A DNA stretch of 64,000 nt from Marsupella aquatica (taxonomy: Eukaryota > Plantae > Marchantiophyta). How positions within the stretch are numbered: position 1 is the stretch's first letter; each line of letters opens with the position of its first letter. The DNA lies in assembly GCA_973895155.1 (NCBI GenBank), contig OZ316895.1:9040184-9104183 (forward strand), written 5' to 3'. Positions 52,838-64,000 of the stretch are shown one piece after another. Under the pieces are notes generated by a model, which saw only the letters and a list, made by a program, of their open reading frames with translations, did no database searches and had not been told where the DNA came from. The position numbers and the translations under genes were made by a program.

Positions 52838-55800
52838 AATGTGCGACCTAGTCAAGATATGTTGCCAAGGAGGTTGAAAGCTACCTATGATGAAATGGGC
52901 ATCCACGAGACGGAGAAAAATCATCAACAGATTCCTCATCCAGTGACAATGACATTGAAGGTTTGAATGAAGGGGCACCTAGGACAGATTATGAGGTCAT
53001 GCAGGACCAAGAGACAGCCATGGATGACTTCATGACAGATTGGTTTGGTGTGGACGTTGATGGTGAAGGACGTGGACCACCCAATGAAGGAGCTCCCCCA
53101 CCAAATGCTGCACATGACCCCCGGCCTCAACATACACAAGAAGGTCAACAACAATGGGAAGAAGCGGAGGCACATGCTAGAACACCTATTTATGGGGGTG
53201 CTCGTTTGAATAGACTCTCTGCCATCTTGGCATTGATGAACCTTCAGGCAAAACACAAGGCAAGCAATGCCCTACTATCGAATTTGTTTGCAATTTGCCA
53301 TGACCTCATGTTACCCAGTGACAATGTATTGCCAGGAACTTGGAAGGAGGCAAAGAGAGTTTTATCATCCATTGGTATAGAATATCATATCATTCATGCT
53401 TGTGTGAATGACTGCATCCTACATCATGAGACCAATGCCAACATAACTGAGTGTCCAATTTGTCATGAACCTCGATATGAGGCCAACATGTTGACCTCAA
53501 AGGTGCCCAGGAAAGCTGTCCATTGGTTTCCCATTATTCCTCGATTGTTGCATGTGTATCAATGTTCTGACTTGGCAAGATTGATGGTATGGCATAAGAC
53601 ACATCGATCAGAGGCCGGTGTCATGCGGATGCCAGTTGACTCCCCTGCTCACAAGCATGTGGAGTCACAATGGCCAGAGTTTGCCAATGACCCTCGTCAT
53701 GTGAGGTTGGGGTTGGCATCAGATGGGGTCAGCCCCCATTCCCTTGGTGGGAAAGGACGCCCTACATCAGTTTGGCCGGTGGTTGTTATGAATTACAACC
53801 TTCCACCATGGTTGTCCATGAAAAAGGGCTTCTTATTGCTGTCATTGATTATCCCAGGTCCATCTAAGGTAAAAAACATGGACACCTACTTGGCACTATT
53901 GGTTGGGGAACTTAAAAAATTATGGGACGGTGTGTGGGCCTATGATGGTCGGAAAACTACAAGGGGATTACCGCGTGTCTTCAAATTAAAGGGAATCAAT
54001 ATGTGGACCATGCATGACTATCCTGGTAAGGTTTTCATGTATTAAAGAGTTTGTTTTAGAGGAAATCCCTCATATTTATGTAACTATGTACATGAACTTT
54101 TTAAATCCTTTGACTCTAATTGAGAAAGTTGTTTGGGTTTGGGTTTGTTGCAGGTTTGGGTTTGTTTCAGGGTTACAAACTCAAGGGTATAAGGCATGCT
54201 CCACTTGTGGTCCAAGCCTTGAAGATATGGCCAAGTACTCAAGATGGCTTTGCAAGATAATCTACCTTGGGCATACCAAGTTTCTTCCACTTGGACATGA
54301 GATGAGGTCTGACCCCCTTCTATTTTCAGATTTTGACATGATCAATGGTGATGAGTGTGACATACCTGAGCGTACATCCTTTGCACATTGGAAAGCCATA
54401 GCTGATAGGGTGGCAGACCCTGACGACCCCATGACATTTGATGGAAGTGGGTTGACACTGTGGACTATACTAGCCACTTTGCCGTATTGGTCTGAGTTGA
54501 AGATTCATCACTTGTTAGACCCCATGCATATAGAGGGAAACGTTGGGAAGGCTTTGATCAAGCATTTTTATGGAGATAAGGACCATAATTTTAGGGAGGT
54601 ATGCCAAGATCTAGAACGACATCCAGATGTATGGATAACAGTTGATGAATCAACAGGGATGGAATACCGTCCTTCAGCTCCTTGGGTTTTGAGTGTTGGT
54701 GAAAGAAGAGAGTTTCGACAACGCATAGGTCAGATGCGGTTTCCTACAGGCTCTGGTGCCAATCTCCGGAAAGCTTTTGGGATGGAGGACAGTCATAAGT
54801 GGCCAATGTATCTGAAGACACATGACTATCACCGTTTACTACAACATATACTTCCTGTGGCAATCATAGGCTTGGGCAGTGAAGAAGTGCAAGATGCCCT
54901 CTAGTCATTGGGCACTTTGTTGAGATGGATATGCTCAAAGGAAATATATGAAGAAGAGATCCCACGTTGGAGGTATTGGCAGTTGAGGTAGTGTGCAAGT
55001 TAGAGAAGGCCCTCCCTCCTTCCTTCTTTGATTGTCAAGTGCATTTACTTGTTCATCTTGTGAGGGAGGTTGCCATTGCTGGTCCAGTGCATTGTCGTTG
55101 GATGTATTGGTTGGAAAGGTATATGGCTGTATTAAAGGCTTATGTACGGAATCGTGCACGAGTGGAAGGGAGCATGGCAACAGGATACTTGGCAGCTAAG
55201 AGTATGTTCTATTGCAGCAACATCTTAGCTACCATTGATCCTAGTTGTCCATGCAGTTGGATGGAAGAGAGAGAAATGGAGGAGGATCATTTAACAGGAG
55301 CCAAAAAAACACGCTTACTGACCGGAGTGGAGTTGATACAGATGACTACTTTCATGTTGAGTAATAGTACTATGATGGAAGAATGGAGAGAGTTTTATGA
55401 GGATGCAAAGAGGGAGAGTCGTCGCCCAAGGATTTTTCCAAAGTTCCTTGAGTATATGAGGGAGAAAGTACTTCAGTTGGATGCTATGGTGGCCCAAGGT
55501 GAGAGTGTATCACATTTTCCAGATATGACTCCTGAGGTTCGAACAATTGTTCATGGCCTTTTGAGACTTGTTCACACCAGAACAGCAATGTGGACACAAG
55601 GGAGACATTTCAGGATTTCTGACCTTGATGAGAAGAGGGGTAGAACTTTTGACTGTGGAGTTCAAGGGCAGTTCATGCAGGATTCACAAAGTAACCGCCA
55701 TGACACGAATGTCATCCAAGATGTGGTGCCTCATTATGGGAAGATAGAGGAGAACTTGATTGTATCCTATGATGCGGATACAAAATTTGAAGAGTATGTC

Positions 55801-56100
55801 TTCAAGTGTAAGTGGTTCAAAATTCACTTGGTTGGTGAGAATCGCACGGTACTTCTTGATGATTGTGGGTTTACTCGACTGAAGACATCAGCAACTAGCT
55901 TTCAACCATCTCATTGGCAAACATCTGAACCGTTTACATTCCCAAGTCACCTTGAGCAGTGTTTCTATATTCCGTACCCACCAGACCCAGAGGAGTGGTC
56001 AGTTGTTATACCGTATGTGCCACGATCTCGTTCCATTATCTCAGAAAAACCTGAAGTTATTATTGTGTCAAACGGAGGAGAGGATGAGGACCAAGTTTGA
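52838..56100 (+). pseudogene. CACTA transposase (Tnp2/Transposase_21 with DUF4218- and DUF4216-like regions), disrupted
   Basis: IHACVNDCIL..CPICHEPRY; WFPIIPRL; DPRHVRLGLASDGVSP; SVWPVVVMNYNLPPW; TMHDYPG then an intron from 54026; LDPMHIEGN; LKTHDYH; PPSFFDCQVHLLVHL; GPVHCRWMYWLER; YGKIEE..FKCKWF. Premature TAG at 54902-54904 and a frameshift near 54965. Confidence 0.93.
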
Positions 56101-56853
56101 TGCATCACTAGTAGTAAAACTTGTTGTGAGCGTATAATTCTGATTATATTAACTATCATGGTTTTATTTATATTTACCCATTTATTTTCTTCTTTTGTCT
56201 TACAAACACTTGGACTTTGAAATTTCATTTTACTGCTATATATGCAAGCCTAGCCACTAGAAAAGTTATCCTCATGCATGCCACCTTTTTGAAATCCCTA
56301 GCTTATAACCTAAACACATGCATTCTCCATCTTCTAAAGTATTCTCTAAAAAAATTCCATTCTGAAAACTTTGCAAACAACTCTCTTTGTGAAACATTTT
56401 TTAAACCAGTCAGGAAGGAATTTTTGAACCTCTTGTGAATCACATTCCATCGGTACTTGTGATACAAATACGTTCTCAAACTTGCGACCAAACTGGCTTC
56501 GGTACTTTGCGACCCAACGTTCTTCAGAACACTTTCTGAACATAATAGGTTCACAAACCACTTGTGATTGTATTAGTATCGCTAAATTATGAACCAAAAT
56601 ATATCTGAAGACGGTCGCGATGGTAGCGGACTCACAAAGTCGTTGCGAGACAACTAGTATGTAAACGTGTTGCGAAGTCAATAACGTCAAAAATGAATTG
56701 CGATGTATTTAGCTTTGCAACATCAAGTTGCGACGATAAGAGCATGGGATATTGTGAGGCGTGTTGCATCACAAAATATCTGAAGGTTCTAACATCGCAA
56801 GGCCTTCCCGACATCAAAAACACCTTCGCAAAAGGGGCCGATATGTAGTAGTG

Positions 56854-57009
56854 CACAGCTTCCTCCACTGCACGCCGCACCGGTGATCGTACCGGTGTCA
56901 CTAGTTCCTCCTCAAACGGTAGCAGCTCCTCCTCAGACTCCCCGTCTGACCGTCGCGATCCTGAAGCTCCACCAACGCTAACTGTTCCAATATCCTCCGA
57001 GTCACTCAT
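56854..57009 (-). pseudogene. N-terminal segment of copia gag, separated by the CACTA insertion
   Basis: ATG at 57009: MSDSEDIG...RRAVEEAV joins in frame to LLPELLVVGKKREMARFGGVKFEVEKY (from 46958) once the CACTA and one TSD copy are removed. Confidence 0.8.
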
Positions 57010-58675
57010 ATGAAACAATCACAAAAAAAATCTTTTTTTGAAACTTCTCATAAAACTCAAAACTCAACACCGCCGCGTAGCCCACAAAGCTAGGAGTCCA
57101 ATACTGAAAGCCGAAATCAAAATCAAAATTTGACAGAAAAGTTATTCAAATTTTGGCCGGGGTGGGTGAAACCTTGGGAAACTCCCCCGTTTTGACCACC
57201 TCGGAGAATAACCAAAATACCCAGTACAACCCGTCGTCGGAATCGCGATGTGATTGGTGCACCATGTTGCTAACTCCAGTTGCAACGTCCTCGCCAAAAA
57301 AAACCAAAAAAATTATTGTTCGGCGGACAGAATCTTTGTCGAACGGCCAAAAAATAGCTCTCGGTTTTTTGGGAATATTCTTGTACAGTCTGACAGGTCT
57401 CACGGGGGGCCATTCCCCCTGTCGGAGTGGTTAAAATAGAGGGCGGCACGTCCCGTCAAAGGGGAAAAACAAAGAGAGGAAAAATGGCAAAAAACAGGGT
57501 CCTTAAGGGGGTCCAATGCCCCTTATTCACTAAAATACCCGTATAAGAAAAAAGGCGGGGGCGGAGAGTAAAAGATAGCCGTATGCAAGGGCGTTGGGCG
57601 GCTGCATACGCAACCGGGGAATACAAGGGCGGGGATATCGTTCACCATGCGCCGAGGAGGGGCGACCATGAAGGGCTGGACGGGGGTCGGGTGGCGCCAG
57701 CAGCCGGATCGTGGCTACTTATGCACTCGCGGCTACAGGGGCACGGAAGGGGCCGGCAGGAGGGTGGGAGGGAGGCATTGTCTCCCCCAGGCGACGAGCG
57801 CGCATAAGGCGCCGGCCGGCGCTGCACAGCTCACCGCTGCGCCATAGTTAATGGGTTGCGAGAGGGAAAAATGAGGCGAGTATGAGGGGGGAGTACACGA
57901 GGGCCGGTACGAGGTGTGTATACACCTTGTGTGTATACACACATAAAAAACCCCCAAATCCCCCTTTAGAAAGCAAAAACAATTCCCCAAAGAAAACCTA
58001 AATGAAAACACACCTTAACGGCCACCGTTTACATGAAGAAAAAGACGATCGTCGATGGGTAAAGTTTCCGGATTTCACCGGCACAGTCTGCATGCTCCGC
58101 CATGGAAAAACTTTCCATCGTGTCACACTCACTCTGCATCAAGAATCAATCCCAGGCTCAAAACGACCGCCTCGCCGCGATCAAACCGTTGAGCCGTAGC
58201 ACTTTGTGTTTCTTCCACCGAGTCGAACGTCGCAAGGAGAAACTCGATTCAGATGTGAACAAGCTCCATAGCTTGTAAAAAAAACCTGAAAGCCTCCTTC
58301 ACTCGTCATGTCGGACTCGGTAACAACTCGGCAGCAATCCAACTACCAAAACAATCAGCTCGCTTCAACCTTCAACTTAAGCTATAATGTGCGATCCCTC
58401 CCGCACCGCACAGCTCACACCGTTGAAAAATGCAAACTCTGGTCTCTCCCCCAAAATACCGTCGAACACGAATAAAACCTGAACGACGCAAACTTCAATT
58501 CCTCCGCACCACGGAAACCGATCAGTGAGTTCTAACCACCGTTAGAAAGCCCTCTCACTAACCTATCCGCACAGCCACACATATTTGAGTTTCATGCGAC
58601 AAAACTCCGAATGTACTATCGACAATGAACGCTGGAAAAACCTATCATGAAAAAACCTCGTCACCTCCCAGGTAT

Positions 58676-58687
58676 GCTCTGATACCA
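58676..58687 (-). promoter_or_regulatory. Primer-binding site (tRNA-iMet) of the copia element
   Basis: Minus strand reads TGGTATCAGAGC, 2 nt from the LTR end. Confidence 0.93.
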
Positions 58688-58689
58688 CT

Positions 58690-59033
58690 TGTTGAGCATA
58701 GACAACATTTGCAATGGCAAGCCCATGAACCATCCAACGCACAATAGTCGACATAGAGAGATACGTGGTTCACCTCCACATGAGGCTACGTCCACGGGAA
58801 CAAACAAGAGCTTTACTGCACTCTAGGCCAACCGGCCATACCAAGCATCCACAGCACAAGCTCTCCCTATTTCTCAACTAGCTTCGTAACAATGAGCCTA
58901 AGTTCCACCAGGGTCTGGCATCAGCCCTGGCTATATGCACAACAGCACTACCGCTAACATTAGCTAAGTCCTAACCCGAGTTAGACTAACTGTGGTTAGC
59001 TCATGAGTCACAAGACTAGAGCAATATCTAACA
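58690..59033 (-). mobile_element. Copia 5' LTR, 344 bp
   Basis: TGTT...AACA termini adjacent to the PBS. MULE coding sequence resumes just after 59033. Confidence 0.82.
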
Positions 59034-59560
59034 TTAGTAGAGTCTGAAGCTTTTATGGACCGATGGAGGGAGACTCAACCTACTTTTGTAGCTTACTACA
59101 AAAGAGAGTGGCACAAAAAAAATATCAATGGGCTATGAAATTAAGAATGTAAGGACACTAATCTGAACACCAATGGTGGGATCGAGCGATGGCACCATAT
59201 ACTAAAAGTGGAATTGAAGGCTGATAAAAGTATCATTAATATATGGAAGGACTATCGCATGGCTGGTAGAGAAGTTGAAAGCTATTGAAAACCACTACTG
59301 GTGTATGTCTGCACACAAATTCCAAGGATGCCTCATGATCAAGACTATAGAGCACCATGAACACAAATGCATGAATAGAGCTGTCCAGATCCCTGATAAC
59401 TTTGATGTGGAGAAAGCAAGTGTGTATCTGTAAAAAATACGTCAAATAGATACAGCGGGATGAAAGAACATGTTGTCACAAATTGGAACAACTACTCATG
59501 TTCTTGTACCTACAGATTTTCAGTGAAGGGCAATGCTTGCAAGCATCAGGTGACTAGTAC
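59034..59560 (+). mobile_element. MULE/SWIM transposase pseudogene, 3' part
   Basis: SEAFMDRWRETQPTFVAYYKREWH; TNGGIERWHHILKVELK (catalytic-E region); SWIM remnant SCTYRFSVKGNACKHQ|gtgac (~59500-59549). Confidence 0.78.
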
Positions 59561-62393
59561 CCTCCAATTCAATCGGCCAAATCATTTTGCTCTGTACATG
59601 TGATAGACCCCTATGACGTTTTGCCTTAGCTTTCCTAATTTGTCTTCAATCTGTAATATGTTGTGCAGATTAAGGTGCTGCTCATGACAAACACCATGAT
59701 TCAGGTGAATGTACTCACCCATGCAACTTGGTACCAAGCTCCCCGCCAAGCTCGGTACCTTCTGGTGGAGGGCTCAAGAACTTATTCAAGGTTCACAATG
59801 GGGACCTTGCCCCAATTACCAACGTTGGAGATGTTACTATTTCATAATATGATGAGGAATTCTGGGAAGAACCTGCCCAAGCCAAAAAAGCTCCAATGTC
59901 GCCTCCACTAGATGAGTTCACAAGTGTTATCGATATCGCCAAAGTTTATGAGAGCTTTTCATACCGCCCATCGCTGGCAATATATACTTGGGCTGAAAGA
60001 GTTGAAGGTTTGGTGTGAGTCACCACTAACCAGGGAAGCGCAGCATAATGTAACTAGGTTAGAGCCAAATTCAAGCACATTGGAAGCACTAGTTCCAAAT
60101 GCAAATTTGACGTGTCTACTGTCGCCAAACCTGGATGGGTTGACAAACTCATGAAGGGGAGACAAAAGAGGAAAGGAAGAAGGGATGATAAGAACTTGAC
60201 ATCCGCCTCTGCTTTGCAACACAATGCCCACAACGCTCCAGAGAGATTGCAAATTAAGAAGGATAAACCCATATCATTCCGAGGCAAATTAGACAAGTTG
60301 TTGTTGACGCACGGCAGGGCATGTTGGATGCAATGAATGATAGTGATTTCACATCACAAGCTATGATCTCACAACAAGGTCACTTCCCTTTTTGTTTCTC
60401 TTATGGCATGTAGGGAATTCAGACTGTATGCATTTTCACTCATTCTTTCATGCGAATGTGCAGGGTCCCGTGGAGAGACAACGACAACGACAACAAAGAA
60501 AGCACAAGCCCGGTCCAACAAATCTCAGGCGAGTAAAGGAATAAAACAATCAAAGTCCACCACCAATGCTGTGCCAGATAAAGCCAAGCCCCAAAGGAAG
60601 AGTTGCGTTGCTCCACCATACCCTACTCATGATGTGGTGAAAGCTTGTTCACAGTTGAGAATGTTAAATCATCCTTTGACTCTGTTGCAACCCCAAGTTA
60701 TTGGTAGTATCCAAATTGGATGTAGCCAAACGTGGACAATATCTCCTAATTTCAATCAGCTGTTAGAGGCCTTCTCTATTGGTGCGGAATGAGATAATAG
60801 TGTCCAACCATCAGTACCCGAGGAGGAAATTGTCTCCATATCAGATTAGTTCAATGTTATCAGTCCAGGTGGCGTAGGGATAGGCCTAGACACATTCCAC
60901 TTAGCACGATATTTAATATAATGTGAGAATAAGTTTTTCAGTGATGAATAAAGTCATGCTTGCATTTTGTATGTATGAAGTATGTAATACTTTGGCCATC
61001 GTCACTCTCTTACTTGTGCTACTACAGTTGCAACTCATGTACTTGCACTATGAAACTCATTTCAAATGACATCAGACTCAGCTAATATTTGTCTTTGGTC
61101 CCACTGAGATTCTGGAAAGAGATAAGATCTTGCTAACTGAACCAACTATAGTTATGGCAACGTATTGAGTGTGTAATACCTACCATGTAGTTGTGAAAGC
61201 TTACAAGTGAAAGCTTACGAGTGAAGACAGACGATTAAACACAAATGAATCGATCATTCACATGAAGTTAATTATGGAACTTACAACGAAACCGAGATCA
61301 CCCAACCAAATGAAGAGTCTATTGGATGATATGTTTAGGCTGTGAATAACCAGAAGGAAAACCTTTATATATGTAAAATGTACAATGTTTGTGTGACATG
61401 ATCCATCAGATCCATTGCCTGAATGAACGCCATCAGGTTGAAGAGGTTCCTGGATGTTCTTGTGTTTTTGCTGGGACTGTTCTTCTTTGTCAAGTTTTAT
61501 GGACCCCACTAGAGGTCCCTTCCAAAATTCCTGGCACTAGAGCGTGCCACGTCAACAACAACCGCAACAAACAAGACTCGTCGGTTTTGTGAATCAAATT
61601 TACAGTTTTCCTTCGTGTTTGCGTCAATTTGGGTGTAAATTTTGGGATGCCATGCCGTAAAAAGAAATGTAATATAATTAGAAATGCAAAGAGCAAGACG
61701 GTTAAAACTGTCACTATGTAACCGTTTTAGTTACAATTCCAATTTTAAAACTTCAATTCAAATATTTATAAAAAGTATTTTTCATATAATAAATAATGGC
61801 TAGTAACTAATTTGATAAATTCCTTGTTAACGGGTAATTGGCACCTGGAGTAAGATTTCCGGCCCAATGCAATCAAGGGAAAATGCTAGCCATGGTCCGA
61901 ACTTGAACATTGAACGACCTGGTATAATTCATTTGATCAGACATTCATCTAATTACAAATATATTTGTCACACATTGAATTCTGATTCTTGTAGCTTGAG
62001 AATTTGGTAGCATGTATTGAAAAAACTTTATTTTGACAACTCCTTGTGATAACCATGCTGTCAATTAGCCAAGGGGTCCACGAACTAATTCTGAAGTTTA
62101 AGGTCAACCTGTTCTTGCTCCACTTGGTCTAGTCTTTGTATTCACCATTTTGTTGCAGGGTCCTGAGGCAATTGCCACTCATGGGCAAATTGATCAAATA
62201 CTGGAACACCTCCACCTGCCAGAGGTGACTCTGGTTCCAGATTGTTAGATTATGTACTAGACATGAGGTGGTCTGCACATCAACTGCCCCAGTCTGAGTG
62301 ATAGTGTAGGTGAGTGGGGCAGGGGCAAGGCCAGGTCTCAAGCTTGACTCATGCTGGTAACAGTTTCACTTTTAACACTCATCCCAATGAAAA

Positions 62394-62670
62394 GTGGGGT
62401 TCATTTGCACCTTGGATAGATTATGCGGAGACAGGGCAGCAGAAGGGGTGCAGACAACAAAGGGTGCAAACAGCAAAGTAAAGTATGAGATAACTTTTGG
62501 AGATCTGCAAAGCTTGGTCACAGGGGAATATTTCCCCAACCAAAACATAAACTTCAGGAGATTCCATGCCATTGGTAAAGTGCTATGGAGGCCTCTACAT
62601 GATGAATTCCTGTTCAGATCATGATCCACAGAAATGGGGGTGCATGATCTTCCCCTCCTCCACTCACTCT
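62394..62670 (+). pseudogene. Possible Ulp1/peptidase C48 remnant (TE-associated)
   Basis: EITFGDLQSLVTGEYFPNQNINF resembles the Ulp1 ITxxDLxxLxxxxWLNDxxINF motif. No catalytic His/Cys region found. Confidence 0.35.
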
Positions 62671-62749
62671 TTTAACCAAAATAACAAAATAATAATAAGA
62701 TGTGAGAAACAGATCTCTCTTTGCACATTTCTTTGTAGTTGTCATATGG

Positions 62750-63190
62750 ACACCAAAACCTATTGAAACATCATATTGACACCAAAACCTATATTGTCAT
62801 GTCAATCAAACATCCTTCAGTACCATTCAAGCTTTGAAAAGTTGGAACCACTCCACTTCTCAATCTTCAAATAAACTGCAAACGAGGGCCAAAAGAGAGA
62901 AGAAAGCAAAGACCAAACTGATTAGTGCCAGGATATAGGACCTTGCCACCAAAACCCATCCCATTTTAGCCACCCAAACATCGTTCCGTACCATGGAAGC
63001 TTTGACCAGTTGGAAGTACTATCCTACTCTCTACTCAAACCGAGTCGTGCCAGAATAGTCTCTTGCCACCAAAACCGATCCCATCTCGCCTCTCAAAAAC
63101 ATCCTTCCGTACCATTTGAAGCTTTGACTTTGACGACTCGGAGTACTATCCTACTCTCGATTCAAATAAAGTCCGAACGAGGGCCAAGCA
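62750..63190. repeat. Three diverged ~120-155-bp direct repeats
   Basis: CACCAAAACC...AAACATC(C/G)TTC(A/C)GTACCAT..AAGCTTTGA at ~62790, 62947 and 63067. Confidence 0.7.
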
Positions 63191-63313
63191 AGCAAAAAGC
63201 TAAACGAGTGCCAAACGACTAAACGAGAGAACAAAGAGACGAAGAAGGTGTTAAAACCTCGAGAAAGAGGAGGAGACGCGAAAAAGGAGAAGAACGAGTG
63301 CGAAAAGCGAGAG

Positions 63314-63316
<3 letters not shown>

Positions 63317-63348
<32 letters not shown>
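63317..63348. repeat. (AG)16 microsatellite
   Basis: Direct reading. Confidence 0.95.
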
Positions 63349-63351
<3 letters not shown>

Positions 63352-64000
63352 GACCGATGGCGAGATTTTAACGTGGAAGGGAACGACAGAAGCGAAGGAC
63401 TGGAGTGGGGCAGGGAAGGTCGTCGTGCTACGAGCAGATGGAACGAAGCATATCTGGGGAGCGATCTTGGAGAAGCAGCGAGCAGTAGATCGGAGCTTCG
63501 CGGACGACGGATCGACTCAGATCCGGTGCAGCTGCACCAACCAACCCTAGCTGAGGAGAGCGAGGATAAAGCAAGGCGAGGCGAGCTCGAGTTTGACGGG
63601 CAGGATCGAACAATTGTAAAGCGTGCTTGGGCACGAACAGGTTGCTCGGGCGGATCCAGAAGCTGGACAGACACGGATCAATTGGAGTCTGGCAGCGAGG
63701 CGAGTCTCAGAGCAGAGACCTTTCCAGAGAGGCCAAGTGTGTGAGATCCGGAGCCCGAGCAAGGTGTTGTTCAATGATCTGGTGATTGTGCCATTCGAAG
63801 AAGGATAACGAGCGAGAATGTGAAGCTTCAATGCCTTCGCGCTTGGCCAAGGCTGTCCGGAGGTTCTGCTGATCTGTCTCTGTTATCTATTTCTCGGGTG
63901 AGGGCGAGAGATCCGTCCTTACGAGGGCGGATTCTAGCCGCGTACGTGAAAATTAGAGTGGAGCTGGAAATGCAGCATCGAGGACCTCGCGTAAGTGTCT

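Larger units (their letters stand above)
46962..56853. mobile_element. CACTA/EnSpm DNA transposon, 9892 bp
   Basis: TIR CACTACTACA (46962-46971) / TGTAGTAGTG (56844-56853). 3-bp TSD CAC (46959-46961, 56854-56856). Subterminal TCGCA/TTGCGA repeats. Encodes a Tnp2-type transposase. Confidence 0.96.
43262..59033 (-). mobile_element. Ty1/copia LTR retrotransposon, 3'-truncated, interrupted by the CACTA element
   Basis: 5' LTR and PBS at right. gag (FEVEKYNGRTDYLLWEKQ), protease (WILDSACTFHIC), integrase (YVHSDVWG...FIDDYSRYVW), RT (YKARLVAKGF, QMDV, KSLYGLKQSPR, IYVDDML, YLMTCTRPDL) in copia order. Ends inside the RT-RNase H junction at ~43262 with no 3' LTR. Confidence 0.93.

Noticed and set aside
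56632-57018. 128-aa ORF as a standalone gene
   Set aside because: Chimera of the copia gag N-terminus reading into the CACTA right end.
63219-63831. ORFs around the (AG)n tract
   Set aside because: Driven by the microsatellite and GC-rich composition; no recognisable domain.

Overview
Eukaryotic, intron-containing land-plant nuclear DNA, bryophyte-like by gene and TE content (inference). Host genes: an intact 11-exon LRR-RLK-II (SERK/BAK1-type) kinase (5598-12656, -), a frameshifted NAF1 pseudogene head-to-head with it (~13500-16400, +), and a single-coding-exon zinc-ribbon/RING-H2 E3 ligase (30026-31456, -). The right third is a three-level transposon nest. A decayed MULE/SWIM transposase (~40750-43160 and 59034-~59560) is split by a Ty1/copia element (5' LTR 58690-59033 with PBS; 3' end deleted). 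The copia gag is split by a 9.9-kb CACTA/EnSpm element (46962-56853) with 10-bp TIRs and a CAC TSD. Besides its transposase and a divergent TnpA-like ORF, this CACTA carries an open SET-domain (lysine methyltransferase-like) reading frame, and has CG-retaining TCGCAA/TTGCGA motif arrays in its non-coding parts. This candidate TE-encoded chromatin-modifying system is the most interesting item. Also present: several MITEs, a plastid 23S rRNA fragment, an AT-rich hairpin insertion and local tandem repeats. All family assignments come from motif recognition by eye; no searches were run.
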